Shown: positions 15,840 to 29,399 of the stretch, one piece after another | How the letters are laid out: each line of letters opens with the position of its first letter | Numbering within the stretch: the stretch's first letter is position 1 | NCBI RefSeq assembly: GCF_009914755.1 | Contig: NC_060933.1 | Reading direction: 5' to 3' (one strand) | From: the human T2T-CHM13v2.0 reference genome, Homo sapiens | Length of the DNA: 64,000 bases | Notes under the pieces: model-generated | Database searches by the model: none | What the model was told of the DNA's origin: nothing | The model's input: only the letters and a program-made list of their open reading frames with translations | Program-made: the position numbers and the translations under genes

Positions 15840-16060
15840 TGAAACACTATATGCCAGGAACTATTAATTAGTTTTACATATATCCATTTATTTAATCCTC
15901 ACAGCAGTCCAATTAGTAGGTAATTAATATTATTATCATTTTAGGTGTGGAAACTAAGGCACAGAGAAATTATGTAATTTGTCTAAGGAAACATAGCAGA
16001 GCTGGATTTGAAGCCAGACAGTTTGGCTCCAGAGTCTTTTCTCTTAAGCTCTATGTATAG
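15840..16060 (-). mobile_element. MIR SINE
   Basis: TATGCCAGGAACT..ATTTAATCCTCACAGCAG..GGAAACTAAGGCACAGAGA..GGATTTGAAGCCAGACAGTTTGGCTCCAGAGTC. Confidence 0.85.
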
Positions 16061-16104
16061 TGTCTCAAATAATCCAAAGATGAGCAAAGATTTGAATAAC
16101 TGCA

Positions 16105-16278
16105 TTCTATGAAGTTCTAGACTATACTGAGGTTTTTGAGAATCTGATGAAAGTTGTGAAAGCCTTTCCCAGAAAATTTCTCACATGTATGTAAACAATC
16201 TCAATTTGGCACACAATTTCAGGGGCTGAACAATATTCAAAAGTTTTTTCATGAAATCTCTGTTAAAAAAGAAACTGG
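16105..16278. mobile_element. hAT-Charlie MITE (MER103-like)
   Basis: TTTGAGAATCTGATGAAAG..CCCAGAAAA..CACAATTTCAGGGG; subfamily name uncertain. Confidence 0.5.
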
Positions 16279-17568
16279 AAAGCAGTTGACTAAATGAAAA
16301 GCTACAAAAATGAGTGATGGGAAATATGATCACTGTTTTTAGATATAAGAAGTGCTTTCATTTTTTTAAAGGCAACGGACATGTCTTTGGTGAAATTAAA
16401 AAGACAGCACATTACGATTAAACACAAAAATATACCTTTTTAATAGAGTCATCAAATAGTGATTTAGGCTTCTTCAAGGAGGTAGTGAGCTCCCCATTGC
16501 AAGACATGTTCAAGCAAATGATGGGAGGCAATCTCACAGGGATGCTGATGATGACATTTTCTATAATAAATTAATTGTCCATAAATGGAGGCCGAGAAAA
16601 TCCAGTCTCAATAATGTAGAATCCATAATGTTCAGCATACTATAGCAATAATAATAATGATACTATACCTAGACATGTAAAGAAGCTCAAAAATGTGGCC
16701 ACAAATCAGTAAACTGACCCTGAGATAACCCAGATATAGAGATTAGCAAAAAGCTATCTTAAAAAAGTTATTATGAATATTTTCAAGGACTTTAAGGAAT
16801 GTATGTTCATAATAAGTTAATCTATAGCACAAAAAACTATAAACACCAAAGTTTTAGAAATGAAAAATATAATATCCAAAATGAAAATTTAACTGATTTT
16901 ACTTAATAGCAGATACAAGTCAGCAGATAAAAGCTATAATAAAAGAAACAATTCAAAATAAAGTACAGAGAAAATAAAAGGGTGAAAAAAATATAGCAAA
17001 GCCTCGATGACTTGTGGGACAGTATCAAGCTCTACAATATCCATATAACTGGAGTCCAAAAAACAGAGGAGACAGATAATGAGGACAGAAAAATAATTAA
17101 AGAAATAATGATAAAATTCTCCAAAAATTTTGTAGAAAACAAAATTTACACGTCCAAGAACATCAGTAGTGAGCTTCAAGAAAGAGAAAAACAAAGACAA
17201 CTATACTTAGAGACATCATAGTCAATCAAAAATTAGAAGAAAATGTTGAATAAAGCCAAAGAAAATGATACCTTACATCAATAAAACAATGGTATGTGAT
17301 GGCTGATTTCTTAAAATCAGTGGATGATAGAAGACAAATAAATGACATTTTTTAAGTACTGTGGGGTGGGCATACAAAAATCTGTCAACCTAGAATTCCA
17401 TATCCAACAAAAATGTACATAGACAAATAAATACAAATCAAAACATTTTTAGATTTGTAAAAATAAGAAAATTTGTTTCCAAAAGACTGGAATTATAGGA
17501 AATACAGAAGGTAATTCTTCATGCTAAAAGGTATTCACAGATCTGCAGAAAGATAATCACAAGCGCCT

Positions 17569-18147
17569 AGGAATCACCACACTGATTTCCACAATGGCTG
17601 AACTAATTTATACTCGCACCAACAGTGTATAAGCGTTCCTTTTTCTCCACAACCTCGCCAGTATCTGTTATTGTTTACCTTTTTAATAATAGCCATTCTC
17701 ACTGGTGTTAGATGGTATCTCATTGTAGGTTTCATTTGTATTTCTTTGATGATCAGTGATGTTGAACTTTTTTTTATATGATTGTCGGCCACATGTATGT
17801 TTTCTTTTGAAAAGTGGCTTTGCCCACTTTATAATGGGGTTGTTTGCTTTTTTCTTGTAAATTTGTTTAAGTTCCTTATAGATGCTGGATATTAGACCTT
17901 TGTCAGATACATAGTTGGCAAAAATTTTCTCCCACTCTGTAGGTTGTCTGTTTATTCTCTTGATAGTTTATTTAGCTGTGCAGAAGCTCTTTAATTTAAC
18001 TAGATCCCATTGGTCAATTTTTGCTTTTGTTGCAATTGCTTTTGGTGTCCTGATCATGAAATCTTTGCCTGTACTTGTGTCCCGAATGGCACTGCCTAGA
18101 TCATCTTCCAGGATTTTTACAGTTTTGGGTTTTACACTTAAGTCTTT
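17569..18147 (-). mobile_element. Inverted 5' segment of an L1PA (L1PA13-16-like) insertion, ORF2 C-terminal region
   Basis: ORF 17574-17792 gives [37 protein letters not shown] (L1 ORF2p cysteine-rich region). Confidence 0.9.
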
Positions 18148-18398
18148 GTGTTCTCACTTGTAAGTGGAAGCTAAATGATGAGAACACATGGAGACATAGA
18201 GGGGAATAACACACACTGAAGCCTTTCAGAGGATGGAGAGTGGAAGGAGGGAGAAGTTCAGGAAAAATAACTAATGGGTACTAGGCTTAATACCTGAGTG
18301 ATTAAATAATCAGTACAACAAACCCCCATGACACAAGTTTATCTATGTAACTAACCTGCATTTGTACCCCCGAACTTAATATAAAAGTTAAAAAAAAA
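18148..18398 (+). mobile_element. Non-inverted 3' end and poly-A of the same L1PA insertion
   Basis: TGTTCTCACTTGTAAGTGGAAGCTAAATGATGAGAAC..GGAAAAATAACTAATGGGTACTAGGCTTAATACC..poly-A. Candidate TSD ACAAGC(G/A)CC at 17559-17567 and 18399-18407. Confidence 0.9.
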
Positions 18399-18963
18399 AC
18401 AAGCACCAGAAGTGGTAAGCATAGGAGTATATATAAAATGTATATTTATATTTTATTATTTTACTTAAAATGCATTTGATTAGAGCAAAAATTACAATAT
18501 TGCATATATATTGCAGATATAGAAGACATGACACCATAAAAAAGAGGATGATAAATAGAACTGTAAGGTTGCAAAGCTCTTTTACTTTCTAGAAATAGAA
18601 ATACTGACATTAACACTAAGTAGCCTGTAATAACAAGGATGCATATTGGAATCCCTAAGGCAACCATTAAAAAAATATGAAGTACAGCTGAAAAGCCAAT
18701 AGAGGAATTAAAATGAAATGCTGGAAAATATTTGATTAACCCAAATGAAGACAGAAAGACAAACTGCAGAATAATAAGAAAATTGTAGACCTAAATCCAA
18801 CTATGTGAATAATAATATTAAATCTAAATAAACTCAACCCTACAATTAAAAGGTTAAGATAGATTAAGAGAAAAAAAACAGTAAGGTGTAATGTCACTGC
18901 ATGGTACTTTAAATATGAAGTAACAGTTTGAAAGTGAAAGGATGGAATTAAAAATACCATGTG

Positions 18964-19327
<364 letters not shown>

Positions 19328-19345
19328 TTAAGACAAGAGTATTTA

Positions 19346-20300
19346 ATGTTATTTTTAAAATATTCCAAATATACAGAAAAGCTGCAAAAGAGTTGCAATA
19401 ATTTTCATATGCTGTCTACTCAGGTTCACCAAATATTAACATTTACCACATTTCTCCGCATTTCTCACTGCATATCTCTGCCTCCCTCCAATTCCCTCTC
19501 CTTTTCTGTCTTTATCTGTGTAGATCTGTACACATACATACACACATACACACACACACACAAACACACACATATGCCGGCAGATTTTTTTCTGTGCCAT
19601 TTGAGAATATGCTGCATACATAATTCCTTTTCATGCTTAAATATTTCATTATATGTTTCTGAAAAACCAGGACATTACATAGACACCAATACAAAAATCA
19701 AAATCAGGAAATTAACATTGATAACATAGTAGTGTCTAACCTACAGATCCCATTTAATTTTTCCCAATTATATCACTAAGCTTTTTTTATAGTAAAAATA
19801 ATTCTTCTAGTTCAGAATTTAATCCCAGATTAAATGTTGCTCTTAGTTGTCATGCCCTTTTATTTTCCTTTATTGTGGAATGGTTCCCTCAGCCTGTCTT
19901 TCATGGCCTTAAGGTTTGGGGAAATCACAGGCCTTCTTTGGTAGAATATTCCTCAAATTAGGCCTACGCGATGTTTCCTTATGATTAGTCTGAGGTTATG
20001 CATTTTTGGCAGGAGTACCTTGGGAGTAATACTGTGTCTTTTTCACTGCAAAACATCCAGAAGAAAATTGTATCAATTTGTCCTATTTCTGGTCATTAAC
20101 TTTAGTCACTTGATTAAGGTGTTTCCTGCCAAGTTTTTTCTCTAAGGTTACTATTTTTGTTTTGTCAATAAGAAGTATCTTATTGGGAGATACTTTGACA
20201 ACAGGAAAATATCCTAGTTCTCATTAAACTTTCACCTACCTGTTTTAGCAATCATAGATGATGCTTACTGAAGCAATTATTACTATGGTGGTTGCCAAAT
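19346..20300 (-). mobile_element. L1MC-type 3' end containing a (CA)n tract
   Basis: AAATATACAGAAAAGCTGCAAAAG..CAAAATCAGGAAATTAACATTGATA..TTATGCATTTTTGGCAGGA..TGGTTGCCAAATG, typical of L1MC4/5 3' regions on the minus strand. Confidence 0.75.
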
Positions 20301-21346
20301 GAAAGCCAAGAGGTATAAAGAACCAGGTATAAAGAACAACAATTGAGACTGAAAAATGGCCAATTCATTGGGAAGACATAGTAATCATAAATATATACAT
20401 GCCTTATTGAAAAAACATGAAGCAAAACCGACAGAATTAAAGGCAAAAAAAGACAAATCCATAATCGTAATTGAATATCATAATGCCCCTCTTCAATGAT
20501 TAATAGATAACTAAAAAAAATCAGTAATGATATAGACATGAGTAACACTTTTAGATCTATTGATGTAATTGACAATTTTGCCACCTTACACCTAGAAACT
20601 ACCAAGAATAGAAACTTTTCTAGTGTTTATGGGATGTGCGCCAAGATAGACCATATGCTGGATTATTAAATTAGTCTCAATAAATTTTACAAAATCAATA
20701 TCTTACAGAGTACAGACTTTAAATAAATTGAATTATATAAGAAATCAGTAATCTAGAAAAGCCCCAATTATATATCGGTTAAACTGCTACTGGAGTAAAC
20801 AGTGTATTAGCCAAGGAGGTGGCCTTATAGACAAATTCTAAATATAGATTTCTCCACAGTGTGATATACTCAGGGGGTTTTTGGAGAGAAACGTTATTTT
20901 AATGCATTTCATTATTATTTGATATCTGCATATTCAGGAGAGAAACTTACAAGTAAAGAATGCCAATTATGATTAAATCTATATAGATGCAGAAGTTTAA
21001 CCCCATGATTTGCAAAGATTTTTATTGGTGAGTGTGGTTAAGTGTGGGCCAGACCACATTTCAGCTGACCAGCTAGGCAGTATGATCCTTCCACACATGG
21101 ACAGGCTGGGAAGCCAATGTGTGTTGTGGGACTTGCTCATCCCCATGGTTTCAGCAGCTATCTCATCCAGGGTTTTGGGAGAAGGGGTACTTAGCAACCT
21201 GTGTACCCCTACTCCCGGATTCTAGCTTTTAGAGATGGTAACATTATTCTGGCTTCAGAGAACTATAGAAATGAAGCAACAGCAGCAGTTATCTGGTGGC
21301 ACATTGCTGTGTAAGTACCACTGGATCTCTATTAGAATGAGAATGA

Positions 21347-21670
21347 TGCTGGGCACAGTGACCCACCCCTGTAATCCCAGCACTTTGTGAGGCCAAGGCA
21401 GGAGGGATTGCTTGAGGTCAGGAATTTGAGACCAGACTGGCCATTTTGGTGAAAACCCGTCTCTACTAAAATCAAAAAAAAAAAAAAAATAGCCAGGTGT
21501 GGTAGCACGTGACTGTAATCCCAGCTACTCAGGAGGCTAAGACAGGCGAATCACTTGAACCCAGGAGCCAGAGGTTGCAGTGAGTCAAGATCATGCCACC
21601 ACTGCACTCCAGCCTGGGAGACAGAGCAAGACCCTGTCTAAAAAAACAAACCAACCAACCAACAAAAAAA
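21347..21670 (+). mobile_element. Older Alu (AluS/J) with AAAC/AACC-type tail
   Basis: Two-arm Alu with CpGs decayed; tail AAAAAAACAAACCAACCAACCAACAAAAAAA. Confidence 0.92.
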
Positions 21671-23457
21671 GTGGGTATGAAATGCCCAGAGCAGCCACCC
21701 TCAGGAGGCTATTTCTGCCAGTAGACTGTGGTATAAAATTGCATCTATACCCATATACACATTTATATTATTTATATATTTTATTTTATCTCCGATAACT
21801 ATTTTTTTCTGATGTGAAAACTATTCTTTAAGTAAGATATATATGTTTATGCCTCTCTCTCTATATATATATGTATTGTGTATATATATACACATACATA
21901 TAATTTTAAAAGCAAAAGCGAATTCAGTGCTCAAGACAAGAAAGGTTTTTTGTTTTGTTTTATTTTCCCTATTAACCTTGTAGAACATCGCCCTGTCCTC
22001 ATTATTTTTGGAAACAAACCATTGCTTTAAAATGATCAGGAAACTAAAGGGGAAACATTTGCACTTCATTTTTTTTTTCAGGTAGATAATGAACTCTACA
22101 CCCAAAAGGGAGAAAGAGAACCTGAGAACAACAATTGTGCAAGTTAGGAATCAGTGTGCTAGTCAAAAAGGGTGTCAAGTAGAGAAAGGTGGGAGCGGGG
22201 GCATTACAAATAAGGAAAGCAATTCAGTAAAGAAGTGACTCAAAAGGTCAGGCTGCTAAGTGTCCCTGCAGGGCGAGAACCAGAAATCGCACTATTGCAG
22301 CCCACGCAGGCCCACACGAAGGACCAGAATAATTGATGATATAAAAGCCAGGATTTGCGTAATTCACAGGATCTTAAACCGCCCACAGACTTGCAGCCCA
22401 ACTGTCTCTGTGCAAACATCACGGAGCTCGGGTGATGTTGAGAGCCTTTGGGGCTGTGAGGTGATAGGATAGCTGAAGAGAGGGTTTGGATGAAGAGGGA
22501 CCTGAAGCCTGCACTAATCCATGCATTATGTTTTGAAGATAAAGGAACAATGATTCCGTGAAAATCAAATGTCCCACTTTGTGTGAATACTTGTGCAAGT
22601 GTCTAGGAAAACAATGCTGAGCTCTTTGGTAAAGAGCTTGGTTGGAGCTGATGCTTAGCGTTAAAGCTTAAATGTATATTCTCCTGCTCCTGAAGTCTAA
22701 CTTGCCCTAGCACACTCAAGCCTGCCCAAGGGAGAAAGACTTTGCTTTTTCCCCATGGGGACGCTGGTTTAGCTTGTGCTTTCTGCCTCTAGAGGAGGTA
22801 GAGGACATGCAAGAAAAGTGCTAATATCTGATTTCTGATTTTCCAGGCATAGTAAGCCTGTCGACTCTCCTTCTGTGGCCCAATTAATCATTCAGACTTG
22901 ACCAGTTAGATAAACAACTTCCTGCCTTTGAAGAGAGCTAGGAAGTGGGCACAGAGTGGCTAGCTGGCATGGAGAGAGGGACACAACTGTCCCCATCTGC
23001 CATATGGGGACTGAGCAATCTCCCTCAAGTACACACATTGCAGCGTGGGTGAGCCTCATTTGTCCCTGTGAACTGACTTGAGCCTCTCCTGGTAGCTGTT
23101 ATTGGTGCTTCCTAAAACCTTAGCTCTGTTACCTGAAATCTGACTTTTATAACCATCTCTTTATGATCTCTACAAATCAGGGCAGGAAAGAGCCAGGCTC
23201 TTCTGCTGGTACTGACTCAACTGGAAGCATCACTTAAGCTCTCTGGGCCTGCCATTTTTATTGTTTGGATTCATTCACTTGGTGCTAAGCCTAGTGATAA
23301 AAACCTTGGTCACAAAGCTGAGTAAGGGAAAACAGCTGCCCTTGAAGTTCTTACAATCTAGACAAATTTAGAATTCATTGTGAAACAAGGTGATAAGGTT
23401 GGGAATAAAGGCATGTCTATGATGTGGGAGAAGAAGAGATTAAGGCTAAACAGGTAA

Positions 23458-23912
23458 TGTAGTGGAGATAGCTAATATTCCCTCAGGATTCATCCAGTCT
23501 TCCCTTCTTTTTAACAATGGAAGCTGCCAAGATTTCGCTGGCTGCATGACCCCTGCCCCTTGTCATAGGCATGGGGCTTAGTTCTGATTAACAGATGTGA
23601 ATGGAAGTGATATATCCAACTGTGGGGTCGTGATCTTTAAAAATACAATTTCTGTCCTCAATGAACTGTCTTCCTCCTACCCCATCATGTCCTAATGAAT
23701 ACAAGATGCTGGTGAGCCAGGCTTAATTGCTTGGGGGAGATAAATACTCCCAGGGAACAGTGGGGCAATAATTTGGAGGTAACCTGGGCCATTGTATGAC
23801 CTCATAGAACTGAGACTAGACCACTTATCTCTGGACAGGAAAGCAAATGTTTGAACTATTGTCTTGGGTTCTCTCTGTTATTATAGCCCTTATCCTGTAC
23901 CCTAACTAATAC
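23458..23912 (+). mobile_element. Old MLT1 (J/K-like) MaLR LTR inserted into an L2
   Basis: TGTAG... start; CCCTAACTAATACA end typical of old MLT1. L2-like sequence lies on both sides (~23270-23455 and ~23915-24300). Confidence 0.6.
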
Positions 23913-24386
23913 ATGGTTTCATGTTAGAGAAGGGATTAACATTTGCACAAAGTCTTGAATAATAGGAAAGAATATCCAGGATGATGAGAAATAGGAAAAT
24001 AATTCCAGATAAAGAAAATAGCTTATTAAAAGATCCAGAGACATGAAAAAGGATAATTCAGAATGCTCCTGATGTGAATGGGAGTGGAGGCCGCTGATGG
24101 TATAGAGAAGTGAGAGAAGAGGAGATGCGAAGAATTAGCAGTCAACCCACAAATAACTTTCTTGCCTGTCTATGGAATTGAGACTTTTTCCCGTTGGAGT
24201 TGGGGAGTCTTGCAGAGTTTGAACAAACTAAGGAGAGATATGATCATGTATGTCCTAAAAAAATGATACCTCTTATTATAGAATGCAGGAAATTAAACTG
24301 GTAGCAGAGCCTTAATAAATGCAGCCATCCAATGTCCTTTCTGGGGCTCATTTCCTCACTTGTGAAATAGTTAGGTTGCTCTAGAT

Positions 24387-24602
24387 CAGAGGTTGGCACA
24401 TTATGGTCCATGGGCCAAATCTGACCTCCTTCCTGTTTTTGTTAATGAAGTGTTATTGGAATGTAGTCACTATCACTTTTATATACACTGCTCATGACTG
24501 TACCTCTGGTAAATGGTAACATTGAATAGTTATAAAGAAATCCTATGTATTTACTCACTGGCCCTTTATGGGCCCTTTATGGGAAAAGTTAGCTGATCTT
24601 GC
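24387..24602 (+). mobile_element. MER58A with intact 8-bp hAT TSD
   Basis: CAGAGGTTGGCACATTATGGTCCATGGGCCAAATCTG..; TSD CTCTAGAT at 24379-24386 and 24603-24610. Confidence 0.85.
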
Positions 24603-24994
24603 CTCTAGATCAATCGTAGTTACCCAAGAATGTCCACAAGTCAGCTGAGGAGAGGCCAGGCCTCCTGGTCTATCAACTCTCTCTTCAACCACAGCAGCTC
24701 TATTCTTAACCACCTTATATAGTAGCCCTTCATATAAGATTTTGTTTTTCAGAAAGATACTACCGGAACAAAGCAGTTTAATAACTACTGGCCTAAATGA
24801 CCTTGAAGATCCCTTCTAGCTTCAGGAAATCTCGGTTCATTTGATGACTAAACAAACATACCTTTGAATGCCTGCAATGTGCTAAGTGCTAAACTAGATG
24901 TAGCGATGAAAGGAAGAAATACAGTCTCCCTCACAAAGCTTACAATAATATTAGGGCATTTAACTTCTGGAATAGCGAGTGGTTTCACCTATGT

Positions 24995-24996
24995 AC

Positions 24997-25031
<35 letters not shown>

Positions 25032-25034
25032 CAC
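24995..25034. repeat. (CA)n microsatellite, interrupted once
   Basis: Directly visible. Confidence 0.95.
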
Positions 25035-25044
25035 TATGGCAGGC

Positions 25045-25720
<676 letters not shown>

Positions 25721-26399
25721 CTGTGTTGCATATTTTTAAAAAATATGAAAATACGGTCTCTATTTTTGAAATCTTTTCAGGCTAGTGGGAGAGGCAAGAC
25801 CCTATCTAAATATAAATCATGCAGCATACAGCACTCTAGGAGCTTACATTCAAGCTGAAGAAACAAAACATATTTACAAATAAATATGTAAGTATTTGGA
25901 AAGATTTCGTGAAAGAGATAGTAAGAATGTTAGGATTTGAATAAAAGGAGGTACACGCTCCTTTCCTGTCTTTTCTAAATATTGGTCCCAGTTAGGACTT
26001 GTGTCTTTTCATCCAGTAGTTAACTCTCAACACAGCAATGCAGCAGTGAGTGGAAAAGGGCACGCAGGGAGGAGTGTGAAATGGGAGCCAGCAGTGCAAA
26101 CTACTGCAGCATTCCATTTAATAAATACAAACCCTCTCTTGCTCAGCATTCTTTATATTATCAAACATTGTTGTCAATTACTGCCTTTTAGCTAGGCAAT
26201 GCTAATTCCTTCAAATGTGCATTATATAGACTCACATCATGTAAGAACTAGAAAGAGCCTAAGAATCTTCTCAAATAGGGGGGAGCATGAATGGGATTTA
26301 GGGAGAGCAGGGAACCTCTAAAACAATAATTGAATTTGTGATTATGCACATTTAATTATGGAGAGAGTCCATATATATCATTACATAAATATCATGCAC

Positions 26400-26920
26400 T
26401 ACTTTACAGAAACCCTCAAAAGACTTCCTCACATTGTACTTGAAAGAGAACACATTCTTATGGTGGGTCCTATGTGATCTGACCGCTGGTTATTCTCTGC
26501 CCTCATCTTTTCTCCTCTCCCTCTTAGTCACTGAACCACAGCTACTCCAGGCCTATTTGTATTCCAAAAAGACAGCAAACTGACTTCTGCTGCAGGGAAT
26601 CTGCATTAGCTGTTACCCCTGCTGAAACACCTTGCTTCCAGATCTGTGCCTGGTTGATTCTGTCTGACCATTCAATCCTAAACTTGAACTAACTAGTACC
26701 TTCTTCACATCCAAAGTATTAACTTTTCCATTCCTTGTTGGTTACATTACCCTCATTATTCTGTTTTGTTTTCTTGACATCCCCTATCATAGTCTAGAAT
26801 TATCTTCTCCATATGTTGGTTTATTTGCTTCTTTCATCCCACACAGGCCTGTGTTTATGGATGTATTCTGAGTAGTTGGGATTGTAGCAGGCATATTGTA
26901 GGTGCTCAATATATATTTGC
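26400..26920 (+). mobile_element. L2 3' region
   Basis: GTGATCTGACC..CTACTCCAGGCCT..CTGCTGCAGGG..GGCATATTGTAGGTGCTCAATATATATTTG (L2 3' terminus). Confidence 0.7.
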
Positions 26921-27779
26921 TAGGTAGATTCTCAGAGTGATCTGTGATCCATTACTCCACTCCATCCACATTAAACAAACAACAAACGATAAACAGCAAA
27001 CAAAAAAGTAAAACTGAGAAACACCAATTGCCTCAAATTTGCTCATCTTTAAAATGAGAAAAATGAGCTTCAGAGGAGTTTATCCATCTTACCAAGCCCT
27101 ATGTGGAAGTATCCCAAGCCTTTTTGCCATCTGGAGACTCTTGTTTTGGACCCATTCCAATTATCAATTTTTTCCTAAAATGTGGCACAAGAATCCCTTA
27201 AAGTTGGTTGACTGGAGAAGAATAGGTAATTGCCTCCCTAATCCTGCACCCCTACAGAGTTATGGTCATTGGGTCCTCCTCAGCATCCTCCTTCTGCTAG
27301 CAGATAGCTCATTTCCTGTAGTTCCTTTGGAAGCAGTTGCCATATTTTTTTGTTATTAGTTATTACCAATCCAAACAAACACTTTAGTTTTCCCAAACTT
27401 CAGAGGAAGGTATTTTTTAAAAGGCCATCTTAATTATGCACAAGCAATGGAGAATCACAGAGGATTCATTAACATAATAAACAGAAGTCTGTTTCCAGTA
27501 TCACACAAGCAAGGTAATGATAACAACAAACATCATTTGCTGCTCAGCAACTTGTGGGTTCTTTTCCCAAGGTCCTCTCCTAGCTTTTTTAGTGTTGGGA
27601 TTCTACTTTCTGCCCATGCCTTTATCTGAGGGGAAAGGGACATTTTCAAAAAGCAGGTGGCTCTTAATCTCTGCTTTGAGATAGAGGTAGAAATGAGACC
27701 AGGAACACTCCAGATAGAGTCTAAAAGCAATAGAAACGACAAAACAAGAACTTGAGTAGAAATGTGGAAAGACCATTAG

Positions 27780-27960
27780 CACAGGAGGGACAAGAGATCT
27801 AATCCTAGCTCTACCACTCACCAGCTCTGTGACCTTGGACCAACAGTATAACCTCTGTGAGTCTGTCTCTTCCTCTGTAAAATGGCATTATCCTGTGAAT
27901 CTATACATGACATAGATTTGCATGTGTCAGTCTCCCAGAACAGTGTCTGATACATCCTCA
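27780..27960 (+). mobile_element. MIR SINE
   Basis: AATCCTAGCTCTACCACTCACCAGCTCTGTGACCTTGG..CTCTGTAAAATGG. Confidence 0.7.
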
Positions 27961-29092
27961 GAAATCTTAGTTCCCTTTTCCCAAGATAGTCATTTAGCAT
28001 TGTGCTACTAAGCCTTTCCCAGCCTCCACCTCTTCACTTTATCCTAACTTGAGATGTTGACCTAACTTGATTCTTCCCGGGGCCTCAGGGCTGGGTCTAG
28101 AAGCCGGCAGGCTGTGAGTAGTCATTGCCTGCCAGTTGGCAGGGAAGAATGGTGCGCTGGAGTGGGGATTGAACTGTTGCCATTGGAGATGGCAACAGAT
28201 GCTTCCTGGTTGAGGCTGAGTTGGCTAAATCAGGGCTCTGTGGTTTGAGACAGAATCCCAATTATTTCCAATTAGGAGATAGCAGCGACAGCTGCTCTTA
28301 ACCCAACCACTCCTCACTGCTGCTAACCTGGCCTCATTCAGTGGAGAGCTTTAACCTGGACTCTGGATTTGTGAGAGCATCCCCAACACACATCTTATCT
28401 GAATTATTTAAGTCTCTCTCTCTGAACCTAAGATCTCATGCACCTTAGCTTAACAGTAGTTCTGGGAGGCAAAAATGGGCAATGAAATAAGAAGAACTGG
28501 GCTCAATTTCCAGCTGTACTACTTGCTGACTATTTGACCTTGGGTATCTGTGTTTGACCTTGGGTACCTTGTTTTCTCATATAGGATGAGACCAAAAACC
28601 TGAGTCTTGTTGTGATAATAAAAGTAAAATGTCCAATATAGAAGGACTTTGTAAATGAGAAAGGACTACACAGAATCCTTCATGTCATTGGTGGCCCCTT
28701 CACAGTGAACCCAAGCCTGCTACAGCTAATGGAAGAAGACCTCAGTGTAAAGTCAGAAGATCTGGATTATGAAAATATGCTACATGGCTGAAACCAGTCA
28801 TTTTAACCTCTCTGAACATTCTTTGTCTCTTTCAAATTGAAGTAGAATTAATGGCAGAGTGCTTGCCTCATAGGCTTTGCAGTTTTATAAGTGTAATGTG
28901 GAGCCCTTGGTAAACTGTAAAGTGATGTGTACACATGAGCAATTATTATTATGTTCTTAGGGCTTTTTTTGGTTTGGCATCAGTTGAGTCAGCTGAATGC
29001 TCTAAGCAAGAACAATCTGTTTTCTTTCCTCTTGGCAAAGAACACAAAAGACAGAGCAGCTCATAGAAACTGGGGCAGGAGAGAAAACTTAA

Positions 29093-29168
<76 letters not shown>
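29093..29168. repeat. Compound microsatellite (CT)6(CA)32
   Basis: Uninterrupted CA from 29105 to 29168, preceded by a CT run. Confidence 0.98.
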
Positions 29169-29171
<3 letters not shown>

Positions 29172-29399
29172 CTCCTCCACAGATTCCCACAACTCCAGCA
29201 TCCAAAATACCACAGCAGAGCTTGGGAAGTGGCCTCATTTCCTAACCAGTCTCTGTATCCCTAGTTCCGACACTCACTGTTCATTGCCCAGATATAGTTA
29301 AGATCTAAATTAAGAACAGGTCCCTGGCTCCAGCAGGCCTTGTCACATTGTGTAGAGCCCTAGACTTGAATCTGAGATGACTGGCTCTGCCATTTCTTA

